This document shows, piece by piece, positions 37,392 to 46,896 of a stretch of 64,000 nt of DNA; position 1 is the first letter of the stretch, and every line of letters begins with the position of its first letter. The notes under the pieces were generated by a model. It did not search any database, was not told the DNA's origin, and saw only the letters and a list, made by a program, of their open reading frames with translations. The position numbers and the translations under genes were made by a program. The stretch is from Candidatus Nanoarchaeia archaeon (GTDB lineage Archaea; Nanobdellota; Nanobdellia; Woesearchaeales; DATDXC01), in the NCBI GenBank assembly GCA_035289425.1, contig DATDXC010000038.1, positions 732 to 64,731 on the forward strand, in the 5' to 3' direction.

Positions 37392-38717
37392 TCATTTTCC
37401 GAAGAATTCATCATGCAATATATTTATGACCTTTTCACGTTGCGCTTCACTGACGATGAAACTGATGTTTATCTCAGAAGCTCCCTGTGATATCATCTCT
37501 ATGCTGATGCCGTTCTTTCCTATAGTGGAAAATATCTTTCCGGCGATGCCGGCAGTATGTTTCATGCCTTCCCCGACTAGGCAGATGAGCGCTTTACCGT
37601 TTGAAACTTTCACATCTGCAAATTTTGAACATTCCTTGATGATCTTGTCCAGATCTTTTTCCTGATTCACAGTCAGGGAAACCGATACCTCCGAGGTGGA
37701 TATCATGTCAACGCTCTTTCGGTATTTCGCAAACACTTCAAACAGCTTGGCTAGGAAACCATGCGCTTCAAGCATCCGCAGGGAGTTTACTGTTACCAAG
37801 ATTATATCCTTCTTGCAGGCAATGGCTTTTACTGCTCCTTTTGTCTGGGTCGCTTCTTTAACTACGGTGGTACCTTTATTATCCGGCTCGTAGGTGTTTA
37901 ATACCTTAACCGGGATGTTCTTTTCCACTGCCGGAAGTATGGTCTTTGGGTGAAGCACCTTTGCTCCGAAAAAGGCCAGTTCCGATGCTTCATTGAAACT
38001 TATCTCTGGAATGGTCCTGGCATGGGGGACAATACGGGGATCAGTTGTCATGACACCATTTACATCGGTCCATATTTGGATCTCATCAGCATCTACTGCT
38101 GCGCCGATTATGGCTGCAGTATAATCAGAGCCCCCTCTTCCAAGGGTAGTTATTGTACCTGCCTTATTCTTGGCAATGAATCCAGTAATGATCGGCACTG
38201 ACCTTTTCCCTTCCAATCTTTTTTTTATCAGCGGATATGCTTCTTCCAAAGGTTCTGCATTGCCATGGTCATCATTGGTTATCAAGCCAATGTCGTATGC
38301 GTCGTATGCTTCTGCTTTTATACCTAGCTTGTTAAAGGCAGCAGCTACAATCCGCGCAGACATCCGCTCTCCAAAACTCTGGATCTGGTCCATAAGTGCT
38401 GGAGTTATCTCCTTGATTTTCCCAATTTCTTCAACTATTGCAGAATATTCCTGTAGAAGCGCATCAACCATGGATACATCCAGCTTCAAATCGTTCAAGG
38501 TCGAATGGTGCCTTTCTGCAATCTCCTTCAGATTTTTTCTGAATTCTTTTCCTTCTCTGGCTGCATTTGCCGTATCAATCAATAAATCAGTAATGCCGCC
38601 AAGGGCCGATACTACTATAATCGGCTTCTGAGAAAGCCTTGATTTCACAATGGAAGCTACGTTAGAAATCCGCTCAGCATTTTTGACTGAGCTCCCGCCA
38701 AACTTCATCACTATCAT
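37392..38717 (-). CDS. lysC: Aspartate kinase
   Basis: 'MKFGGSS', 'TLGRGGSDYTA', 'GAKVLHP', two ACT domains. Confidence 0.95.
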   Translation of the reverse strand: MIVMKFGGSSVKNAERISNVASIVKSRLSQKPIIVVSALGGITDLLIDTANAAREGKEFRKNLKEIAERHHSTLNDLKLDVSMVDALLQEYSAIVEEIGKIKEITPALMDQIQSFGERMSARIVAAAFNKLGIKAEAYDAYDIGLITNDDHGNAEPLEEAYPLIKKRLEGKRSVPIITGFIAKNKAGTITTLGRGGSDYTAAIIGAAVDADEIQIWTDVNGVMTTDPRIVPHARTIPEISFNEASELAFFGAKVLHPKTILPAVEKNIPVKVLNTYEPDNKGTTVVKEATQTKGAVKAIACKKDIILVTVNSLRMLEAHGFLAKLFEVFAKYRKSVDMISTSEVSVSLTVNQEKDLDKIIKECSKFADVKVSNGKALICLVGEGMKHTAGIAGKIFSTIGKNGISIEMISQGASEINISFIVSEAQREKVINILHDEFFGK

Positions 38718-38772
38718 TTTACGCTTTGTAGAGGGGAGCCATTTAAAAACATATTGTTATGGGGGTAACAAA

Positions 38773-39111
38773 TCAGAAACCATCGAAGCCAATCTTCCTC
38801 AATCCGTCTTTTATTTTATCGATAATCGTTTGTTGATCCTTCTTGCTGGACATATTGACACATTTTATTATCAATTCCTGTAGTTCATCATTTTGTAAGA
38901 ATTTGACCTTAAACCCATCGGTTATGAAATAGAATCGGCAATTCTTATATCTTATCTCTTTTATGATAACACCGCCCACGGATCCGATCTCTTTGCCTTT
39001 TTTTGGATTCTCTTCCAGAGTTAATAGCAATTTGAGAACCTCTACTGACTCTCCCCTGAAGACCTTGTTAATCTTTTCCTCCAGGGCGGAGGTTATAATT
39101 ACTTTTGCCAT
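38773..39111 (-). CDS. RelE/ParE-like toxin candidate
   Basis: Basic 112-aa protein ('LEENPKKGK...KEIRY..RFYF') overlapping a small upstream partner. Confidence 0.55.
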   Translation of the reverse strand: MAKVIITSALEEKINKVFRGESVEVLKLLLTLEENPKKGKEIGSVGGVIIKEIRYKNCRFYFITDGFKVKFLQNDELQELIIKCVNMSSKKDQQTIIDKIKDGLRKIGFDGF

Positions 39112-39302
39112 CTCTTTTGGGCTTTCCTGAGCGCATCTCTTATCGGAATACAACCTGTTGTGTCCATGAGCAATTCTTGGATCTGCCTTTGACAGAAACT
39201 GTCATACATCTTTCTTAAGATGTCCGTGTAGGTCTCTCCTTTAGTTCCAAATTCCTTTATTTTATCCCTAATCTCTTTCGAAATTGATATTGTTGTGTTC
39301 AT
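39099..39302 (-). CDS. Small ribbon-helix-helix-type antitoxin candidate
   Basis: 'TTISISKEIRDKIKEFG.KGETY.DIL'. Confidence 0.6.
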   Translation of the reverse strand: MNTTISISKEIRDKIKEFGTKGETYTDILRKMYDSFCQRQIQELLMDTTGCIPIRDALRKAQKRWQK

Positions 39303-39376
39303 TTTTACCTCTTATACCTATTATATCTTATTATAATTACATATAATTCTTATAATCTTTATATATCTTACGTTTT

Positions 39377-40099
39377 TTAGGCATTATTCCAGAGGATATG
39401 GAAAAATTTCTTGTATGATTTTGCTGCCAGTTCTTCTTCGATTAAAAAACCGAATGGCTTGTCTAAATAAATAATTATTCCGACCCTATTGCCGCATATA
39501 ACCGTTTCTGTCAGTTCTTCGAAATATTTTTTTGTAACCCTTATTTCTGTCAATTTCAGCTTTTTTAGCTCGTTGCCCCACCAGGCCAATGATGCGTGAA
39601 AAAGAAGCTTGGCTTTAATCTTTTTATTGATTCTCTTCTTGTGGAATCCTTCCCAGAAATAAGTTCCTAATAATTCATCGCTTTTTTGGGCACCACCATA
39701 ACCAAAATATTCTTTTGAATTTGTTTCTAACATCAAATTTAACAATTCTTTTACCCCTCTTGCCCCCTGAAAAATGATTGCTTTTGGCTTTTCTTTGGCC
39801 AGTACTCTTTTTGCTTCTAATTCTGGCAATATCTTTTCTAATCGCGATTTTTTTTCATCTAAAAAATTTAATAACAATTTTGGTTCAATTGCCTGATATT
39901 GCTTGATTCGGCCTTCCATCACATACGTAATCAGACCCTTATTAGCTAATGAATGGAAGGCTCTATGCACTACTGCATTCTGCAGTCCTGATTTTTCAAC
40001 TACCTTACCTGCTGTTGAGGAGCCTAATTCTAATAACGTTATGAATACTTTTATTTCTGCTCCTGTTAAGCCTATATCTTCCAGTATTGATGTGTCCAT
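39377..40099 (-). CDS. TrmB-family transcriptional regulator
   Basis: 'LEDIGLT.AE.KV...LLELG' wHTH plus an effector-like C-terminal domain. Confidence 0.85.
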   Translation of the reverse strand: MDTSILEDIGLTGAEIKVFITLLELGSSTAGKVVEKSGLQNAVVHRAFHSLANKGLITYVMEGRIKQYQAIEPKLLLNFLDEKKSRLEKILPELEAKRVLAKEKPKAIIFQGARGVKELLNLMLETNSKEYFGYGGAQKSDELLGTYFWEGFHKKRINKKIKAKLLFHASLAWWGNELKKLKLTEIRVTKKYFEELTETVICGNRVGIIIYLDKPFGFLIEEELAAKSYKKFFHILWNNA

Positions 40100-40204
40100 A
40101 TAGTATATTTATATGTGTGCATATTTAAATTTTTCTGTTAGTAGTCACAATTGTGGTTATAAATATTAATATAGTTGCATGTTGTTACTGTTTAATAATC
40201 AAAA

Positions 40205-40471
40205 ATGAGGGTCAAAATGAGATATATTCAAAGATACATTGGATGTTGGGCAGGAATTGATGGTTCCCGGAAGGGCGAGGGCAATCCTTTTCCTTTCATA
40301 GTCCATACTGTTCCAGTTAAAAGGGCCAGTTCAATGAGTGATGCTCGTTCTATGGAGGAGATGATCAATGAGGGAGATGTTGATGGTTTAAAATTTGTTT
40401 CATATCAATTTGGCTCCAGTGAAAAAGTTCCATTTTCAAATCTGCATAGAAATTATGCGTACAGGAGATGA
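40205..40471 (+). CDS. Hypothetical protein
   Basis: ORF after a TATA-like sequence, first of three co-oriented ORFs. Confidence 0.45.
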   Translation: MRVKMRYIQRYIGCWAGIDGSRKGEGNPFPFIVHTVPVKRASSMSDARSMEEMINEGDVDGLKFVSYQFGSSEKVPFSNLHRNYAYRR

Positions 40472-40475
40472 TAAA

Positions 40476-41111
40476 ATGAAAAATGCATTAAAGAAGATGG
40501 TTATGGGTGCGGTTCTGCTTGGAGCGTTATATGCCAAGCCTTCGCCTGCACAAAAAAATGTCGTGAACCTGGATGCTGGCTACAATGCTTTGGAAGCGTT
40601 GATAACACAGAATAAAGACATACGGACAAGAGCTTGGGTAGATGTCGGATTAAGCGTTTACGATGTAAGGTTAGGGTACCACGGGATGCATGAAGCAGAT
40701 AATCTGGATGATAATACCTACTTTGGGAAACATATGGTAACTTTAGGTAAGAAAGGAGCAGGGACAAGTTTTGTAGGTATAGTAAAAGCCACAAAGGATG
40801 GTTCAATTGACGAGAAAGTTGGACTAAGGAACACCAGTTTGGTAAAATCGATGAGCGGGTACGGGAGAATCGACGCTACAGCAAATGATGATGCAGCAAG
40901 CGTCCTGGTATTTTATGGAAGACCGGTTGGTAAAGGCCTAACAGTCGAACTAACACATGAAGCAACACAACCTTATCATGATAGAATGAGCCATTATACT
41001 GAATTACAATTAAACAAAGATATTACAAAATGGCTTTCAGCTGTTGGAAGAATAGAAATATATGACTTTAAAGACACAAAGGTTATGGCTGGGTTTGCTA
41101 TCCATAAATAA
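40476..41111 (+). CDS. Secreted beta-strand-rich hypothetical protein
   Basis: Sec-type signal MKNALKK...PSPA|Q followed by successive amphipathic strands. Confidence 0.7.
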   Translation: MKNALKKMVMGAVLLGALYAKPSPAQKNVVNLDAGYNALEALITQNKDIRTRAWVDVGLSVYDVRLGYHGMHEADNLDDNTYFGKHMVTLGKKGAGTSFVGIVKATKDGSIDEKVGLRNTSLVKSMSGYGRIDATANDDAASVLVFYGRPVGKGLTVELTHEATQPYHDRMSHYTELQLNKDITKWLSAVGRIEIYDFKDTKVMAGFAIHK

Positions 41112-41122
41112 ATTATATCAAA

Positions 41123-41491
41123 ATGAAATGCAAAAAATGTAAGGAAGAGTTTGAAGATGGCGATCTTGTAGCTGTAGGGCTTGCATTAAAAGGAAGGGGA
41201 AGCAAATCTCTTAAACCAGTTAGGCCGGCTAGGGTTTTTCATGATATGCCCTCTGTAGTGAGAATTAACCAAATGATTATCCATACCCGTGGTTTGCCTG
41301 AAGATTGCAGGATGTTAACTTATGGTTATTTTGAACAAGGAATCTATTATCATGGAAATGTATACTCTACATATTCCATAGATAGGCGAAGTGGGGTATT
41401 GGCTGTAGGCTTGAATCCCACTTCTAATGGATTACGGGTTGAAGGAGACATCAGTTATTTGGTTAGCGAGAAACCATTATATAGACCTTGA
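41123..41491 (+). CDS. Hypothetical protein with N-terminal CxxC
   Basis: Begins MKCKKCKEEF. Confidence 0.55.
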   Translation: MKCKKCKEEFEDGDLVAVGLALKGRGSKSLKPVRPARVFHDMPSVVRINQMIIHTRGLPEDCRMLTYGYFEQGIYYHGNVYSTYSIDRRSGVLAVGLNPTSNGLRVEGDISYLVSEKPLYRP

Positions 41492-41527
41492 TGAATACGC
41501 GGTTGAGTTAGAAAATATTTTTTATTT

Positions 41528-43144
41528 TTATACTTTCTCAAACATCTCAATGACCTTTTCTTTTCCTAATGTCAGGATAAAACCAGCCAGTTTGGGCCCT
41601 TTTTCCTTGTTGATCAGGACTTTGTACCCAGCCTGGAAGAATTCTTTGGCAGAGATGCCAAGCTTTTTGATAATCTCTTCATAAAATGCATTGAATAATT
41701 CATCCTCCTTCCAATCTTTTTGCTTAAGGATGTCCACTACCTTATGCAGAGCTTCTTTCTGCAGTTCAGTAAGCTGTAAGTCTGGTGGCACATCAGTCTG
41801 AATGACAATCTTGTCATTTTCTGATCCATATTTCTCAACCCATACTTTCGCTTTCTGGATCCTTTCCATTATCTCTGCATGCAAATCTCTGTTGTAATGG
41901 CCTGTTTTCTTCAGGCTTTTTACCCTATCTGCTTCTTCTGAAAAAACCTGGGCTAGAAGTGTCGCATGCGAAAGCGTGATAGGGACTGGCTTATCTTTGT
42001 TTGGAACTGATATCTCATATAATCTTTTCATATGCTTCAGTTCTTTTTCATTCTCTATTGTTTCGATTCCATGAAATATCCTTGCATGCGCATCAAAATC
42101 ATCGTATAGCTTAGAAAGCTCTGTCCAGGAGAAACTCCGGGTCATCATCAGCCTTTTGTTGTAGAAGAATCTCAAGAGCTCTGGAGAGGCAACTTCCAGC
42201 CATTCATGGGGGTATACCACATTACCCAAGGATGCAGACATCTTCTTGTTGTCTATCATGATGTGTTCATAAAATATCGGTTCAGGCGCCGGATACTTCA
42301 GTATCTTTTCAACAATCTCGGCATTTATCCAGAAAGCTGATCCAGGGACCTGGTATTCCTTGCCTGCGCCTTCTGCCACAATGCCCCAATGCTTCCAACC
42401 AAGGGCCCATTCTGATTTCCACATAAGCTTTCCATTGCCTTTCAAAGGATCATTTTCCCCCCTATGTTCGCAGCCCTTTGCGGTGCTGGTCTCAAAATTA
42501 TAATCCTTGCAGGTGTAGAGCACTTTTCCACCCACCATGTCTGTTACTTGCGTAGTGGCAATCTTGCCGCAATTATCGCATATGGGCTTCCAGGGGAACC
42601 ATGTCTGCAATTTCTCTTCTCTGTATTTATCCTGGATCTTGATGATGAAATCTTTGTGTTCAATTATCGCCTTAATCTCATTTTTCAGGGAACCCTTCTT
42701 GTATTCCTCCCTCATTGAGAATTTTTCCATCTTTGCCGGCACAAACTGGTCAACAACCTCAAAGTATTTTGCCTTAAAATGCTCGGCATAACTCTTATGG
42801 CAGTCATCTGGATCTGGCACATCAGTTACCGGCATCCCTAAATACTTTTCAAATGAGTGATGGATTCCCTTAGGCACTTTCCTGAATGGGTCCATATCTT
42901 CTGCGACCCAAATCAGTTTAGATTTCACACCAGCATCCTGCAATGCCTGAAATACCGAAGAACCCCTGATGGTATCAGACAGCCTGCCTATATGGAGAAC
43001 CCCTGAGAGGGATGCCGATGTTTTTACCGTGAAAAGCTTTGGCTTCGCTATTTTGTCATCGGTATAGTAAAATTTATCTCTATTGATTATCTTATTCGCC
43101 AGCTGGTCTGCCCAGAACAGGTCTTCTGATTTGTTCTCTTCCAT
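41528..43144 (-). CDS. lysS: Class I lysyl-tRNA synthetase
   Basis: 'FWADQLA', HIGH-like 'SGVLHIG', 'KMSASLGN', 'GPKLA'. Confidence 0.95.
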   Translation of the reverse strand: MEENKSEDLFWADQLANKIINRDKFYYTDDKIAKPKLFTVKTSASLSGVLHIGRLSDTIRGSSVFQALQDAGVKSKLIWVAEDMDPFRKVPKGIHHSFEKYLGMPVTDVPDPDDCHKSYAEHFKAKYFEVVDQFVPAKMEKFSMREEYKKGSLKNEIKAIIEHKDFIIKIQDKYREEKLQTWFPWKPICDNCGKIATTQVTDMVGGKVLYTCKDYNFETSTAKGCEHRGENDPLKGNGKLMWKSEWALGWKHWGIVAEGAGKEYQVPGSAFWINAEIVEKILKYPAPEPIFYEHIMIDNKKMSASLGNVVYPHEWLEVASPELLRFFYNKRLMMTRSFSWTELSKLYDDFDAHARIFHGIETIENEKELKHMKRLYEISVPNKDKPVPITLSHATLLAQVFSEEADRVKSLKKTGHYNRDLHAEIMERIQKAKVWVEKYGSENDKIVIQTDVPPDLQLTELQKEALHKVVDILKQKDWKEDELFNAFYEEIIKKLGISAKEFFQAGYKVLINKEKGPKLAGFILTLGKEKVIEMFEKV

Positions 43145-43256
43145 CGGCCCTCTATGGTCTGGGTCGTTATATAAAGATTTCTAATAAATTTAGATGATAC
43201 GACTGAGCCAATAATCTTATAAAACATACCCCCTTCTTTTAGTCTGGGGGAATGAA

Positions 43257-44270
43257 ATGCTCATTGGAGATCATTTAAGTGAGATTACTGGATTGGAGGA
43301 CGTCGTAGATGGCACTCGCGTTATTTCAAGGGAGTCTGTTGGATTCATACCTGTAGGAGAGTTCTTTTTTTGGTTATTGCGAAATCGCGCACCTAATTTG
43401 AGAGTCAATGCGGTAGAACGAACGTTTAGGAGGAGAATACGGAGAGCCTATGATGCCGCATCGCATCTGGTTGAACATCCCCAATATGACCATCAGCGGT
43501 GCTCTTCCGCATCCGTTCTTGCCCATTTGCATCTTTATTTACCTGCAGCAGATTGGGAATCTATTTTACCAGAAGGCAAGAAATCATTGGATTCAGCTAT
43601 CAGATATCTCGAGATGGATCCCGATGCCAAATTGGATCTTTTGGCAACATTTGACCCTAGATTGAGGGACCATTTTAGTGCTGGGCAAAGGGAAAATATA
43701 TTGTTACAAAAAGGAAGGGTACTGTATGAATTAGGCAGATTTGACGAAGCTCAACCTGTCCTCATAGAATTTAGAAATCATGTTCTAAATCATCTTGATG
43801 CAGGAATGATGTTATTTGACATTGCATTAAAGAGATATGTTGCTACTGCACAATCGGAAGAGTATGCTGATTCTGTTGCTCAGCAATTAGCGGAATCCGC
43901 TGTTTTTGAAGCGGGGGTAACTGCTAAGCTATTGCCACGATATAACACTAAAAACCCGGTTGACCTTATTTACTCAGCACTCCAGAATCATATAGCCAGG
44001 TGTGAGAAAAAAAAATCCTACCAATCCGCTTTGGATTTGACGATTCTTGCTCAGAGGCTGCCTCTTAGTGCAACAGCGGCAATTGAAAATAAAGTTATGA
44101 TGGCGCTTTTGCATGAAAAAATGGGCCATCATCAGGATTTTGTAGAACTGTGTGCAAGAACTGCAGATCAATATCCAGTAGCTGGGATGAAAATTGCTGA
44201 ACTTTTAGAGATTCATGGCGAACATAATTTAGCACTAAAGTACTATCCAGGTATCCAGCACCGACGATAA
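43257..44270 (+). CDS. Hypothetical helical/TPR-like protein
   Basis: TPR-like 'KGRVLYELGRFDEA'. Confidence 0.6.
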   Translation: MLIGDHLSEITGLEDVVDGTRVISRESVGFIPVGEFFFWLLRNRAPNLRVNAVERTFRRRIRRAYDAASHLVEHPQYDHQRCSSASVLAHLHLYLPAADWESILPEGKKSLDSAIRYLEMDPDAKLDLLATFDPRLRDHFSAGQRENILLQKGRVLYELGRFDEAQPVLIEFRNHVLNHLDAGMMLFDIALKRYVATAQSEEYADSVAQQLAESAVFEAGVTAKLLPRYNTKNPVDLIYSALQNHIARCEKKKSYQSALDLTILAQRLPLSATAAIENKVMMALLHEKMGHHQDFVELCARTADQYPVAGMKIAELLEIHGEHNLALKYYPGIQHRR

Positions 44271-44519
44271 TCTAATTCCCTAATCCGACGATAACCTTTG
44301 AACTTTCAATACCTAAAAGACAAGCCCAATCATATTTCCCGTTTTCAATTTATTAGCCTATCTTAATATACAAATTTGTACACTAGTTTACCAAAAACGT
44401 AACATTTAAATATAAGTTACTGCATGAAATAGCCTTCCGATAGAAACTAAAGAAAGTGTCTATGGTGAGGCAACTATCTCTTGCGAATATAGTGACCTCA
44501 GAAACTAAGAGGTGAAAAC

Positions 44520-45539
44520 ATGCAATTCAACGAATCAGACCAGATCGGTCACGCGAACATAAAGGTGATTGGGGTAGGAGGTTCCGGCAATAATATGGTC
44601 AGCTGGCTCTATAAGAAGGGAATCAAAGGAGCTGAGATCATAGCCTGTAATACTGATCAACAGCATCTGGACATAACAGAAGCTGATACTAAATTCCTCA
44701 TCGGCAGAAGCCTTACTAGAGGACTAGGATGCGGGGGCTTCCCTGCAAAGGGTTCAGAGGCAGCCAGAGAGACTGCAAGCGAGATCAAAGAAGTCCTTAG
44801 AGGGTCAGACATGGTCTTTGTATGCGCTGGAATGGGCGGCGGCACAGGAACAGGCGCTGCACCGGTTGTAGCTCAGATTGCTCGTGAACATGGAGCAATA
44901 GTCATATCAACAGTTACCATGCCATTCAAGATAGAGCGGGCAAGAGTCGATCGCGCAGAATTTGGATTGCAGCAGCTTCGCCAGGTTTCTGATACAGTCA
45001 TTGTCATAGATAATAACCGATTGGTCAACATAGCAGGAAATCTGCCAGTACAGCAGGCTTTTGCTGTGGCAAATGAGCTTATTGCAACCATGATCAGAGG
45101 CATTGTAGAAACTATTTCAGTGCCCAGCTTGGTCAACCTCGATTTTGCTGATGTCAGAGCCATAATGAAAGGAGGAGGCGTAGCTGCCATTGGTGTGGGC
45201 GTTTCAGATACTGCTAACAGAGTCCAGGAAGCTGCAAAGGGAGCATTGTCAAATCCGCTTCTGGACATAAGCTACAAAGGAGCAGAAGGAGCCCTCATCC
45301 ACATAGAAGGGGGCCCTGACATGACGCTTGATGAGGTCGCTGGAATAGGTGAATTGGTCACTGAGACAATGGACCCTGATGCAAACGTCATCTGGGGAGC
45401 CCGCGTAAACGACAGCATGAGAGGAAAAATCTGCGTCATGACTATCATAACTGGAGTAAAGTCTCCATGGATCCTGGGCAAACAACAGAGTTCAGTGAGG
45501 AACACTGTAAGCCCTGAACTGGGCATAGACCTGGTATAG
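44520..45539 (+). CDS. ftsZ: Cell division protein FtsZ (FtsZ2-like)
   Basis: GGGTGTG tubulin signature, 'NLDFAD', 'KSPWILG', C-terminal 'ELGIDLV'. Confidence 0.97.
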   Translation: MQFNESDQIGHANIKVIGVGGSGNNMVSWLYKKGIKGAEIIACNTDQQHLDITEADTKFLIGRSLTRGLGCGGFPAKGSEAARETASEIKEVLRGSDMVFVCAGMGGGTGTGAAPVVAQIAREHGAIVISTVTMPFKIERARVDRAEFGLQQLRQVSDTVIVIDNNRLVNIAGNLPVQQAFAVANELIATMIRGIVETISVPSLVNLDFADVRAIMKGGGVAAIGVGVSDTANRVQEAAKGALSNPLLDISYKGAEGALIHIEGGPDMTLDEVAGIGELVTETMDPDANVIWGARVNDSMRGKICVMTIITGVKSPWILGKQQSSVRNTVSPELGIDLV

Positions 45540-45547
45540 GTGAGATT

Positions 45548-46264
45548 ATGGATATCGTACAAAAGATGGTCAACAACATCGTTGAGAATGAGTTAACGCC
45601 ACCCAAGCAGGACCTCAATAAATTCCAGAAGATAGTCCCTTCACTCATGAAGAAAGGCCTGGCAAATCTTGACCTGTCCATGTTCAGCCCCGAGATAAAG
45701 CATGCCTTGCTTATAGTTTTGGGAGAGGAATATGAGCGTAAAGGAAACCTCAATGATGCGGTTAAATCATTTGTACTTGCCGGCGCCAAAGACAAGCTGC
45801 GCCAGGTTGGAAATGACTATGAATCAATTGCGCAGTATGAAAACTGCATTGAGGTCTATCGGCTGGGAGAGGATCATGATTCCTTGCTTCGCCTGGGCAA
45901 AAAGATGCTTGAGGAAGGACGAATCGGCCATGCAATCAAGTCTTTCATTGCGATAGGAGATGTAGCTCGGTTGAAGGAGATTGGTGACCAGTGCGTCAGC
46001 AAGTTCAAATTCGACTATGCATTTGAGATCTTTTCGAGCATAAAGGACAAGGAACGATTCATTGAGCTTGGAAGCAAATGCATAGAACAAAAGGAGTATG
46101 CGTATGCCCTCAAAGCATTTGAGCTGGCAGCCTCGCCGGAACACCTGAATCAGTTAGGGGATACCTGCTTACGAGAGGAACAAATCTCCAAAGCGCTTGA
46201 AGCATACAGCCTCGCAGGAAACACAATGATGTCAGACTTCATCAAACAAAATTTTTCGGAGTGA
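45548..46264 (+). CDS. TPR/helical-repeat protein in the ftsZ operon
   Basis: Repeated ~26-aa 'L..LG..C....A...F' units. Confidence 0.75.
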   Translation: MDIVQKMVNNIVENELTPPKQDLNKFQKIVPSLMKKGLANLDLSMFSPEIKHALLIVLGEEYERKGNLNDAVKSFVLAGAKDKLRQVGNDYESIAQYENCIEVYRLGEDHDSLLRLGKKMLEEGRIGHAIKSFIAIGDVARLKEIGDQCVSKFKFDYAFEIFSSIKDKERFIELGSKCIEQKEYAYALKAFELAASPEHLNQLGDTCLREEQISKALEAYSLAGNTMMSDFIKQNFSE

Positions 46265-46268
46265 GACT

Positions 46269-46583
46269 ATGGACACTATTATGAGTAATATGAATAATGA
46301 GATGTTTGAGAAAAAAATTGAACTTTTGTTGGAGATGCAGAATAAGCATATGATGGATGGGTTTGCCAAGATACAGGCAGCGCTGCAGGTAATCGCAAGC
46401 CAAGTTGCACATCGTCCAGCACCAGCGCAGGCTCCATCGGTTAGGGTAGAACCAGCCAGGGCTGAGCCAGAGAAACAAGCAGTTCTCAAGACAGAAGAGC
46501 CGGTATCAAGACCGAGATATGGTGACTACACGCCTGAAGAAGTGTCGGTTTCAAAGTTTTTCTATTTCGGGAACAAGAAGTGA
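46269..46583 (+). CDS. Hypothetical protein (coiled coil, low-complexity linker, C-terminal motif)
   Basis: Ends 'RPRYGDYTPEEVSVSKFFYFGNKK'. Confidence 0.7.
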   Translation: MDTIMSNMNNEMFEKKIELLLEMQNKHMMDGFAKIQAALQVIASQVAHRPAPAQAPSVRVEPARAEPEKQAVLKTEEPVSRPRYGDYTPEEVSVSKFFYFGNKK

Positions 46584-46587
46584 GACC

Positions 46588-46896
46588 ATGTTTTTTTCAA
46601 AAAAATATCTGTGTTCGAAGTGCCATCGGAAGGTGCTGCAGATACGCTATTCGCATGATGGATTGCAGCAGGTCTGCAACAGTTGCTATACGCCACTACC
46701 TTTGAAGAATGAGCCTAAGCCAATTCTGAAACCATCGCGGGTAAAATTAATCTGCACTAACTGCAGGTATCATTTTTCCTTTAGGATTGGATCGCATGCT
46801 CGCCTCATGTGCCCTTACTGTGGAAGGGACAACCTCATCAAGGATAACACCACTGCAGATAGACTGCTTGCAGAAGTAGCTAGAATGCCGGCTTAA
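46588..46896 (+). CDS. Double zinc-ribbon protein
   Basis: Four CxxC motifs. Confidence 0.7.
   Translation: MFFSKKYLCSKCHRKVLQIRYSHDGLQQVCNSCYTPLPLKNEPKPILKPSRVKLICTNCRYHFSFRIGSHARLMCPYCGRDNLIKDNTTADRLLAEVARMPA

Noticed and set aside
44261..44294. Direct repeat CCGACGATAA at the end of the TPR-like gene
   Set aside because: Only 10 bp in two copies, with no associated element between them.
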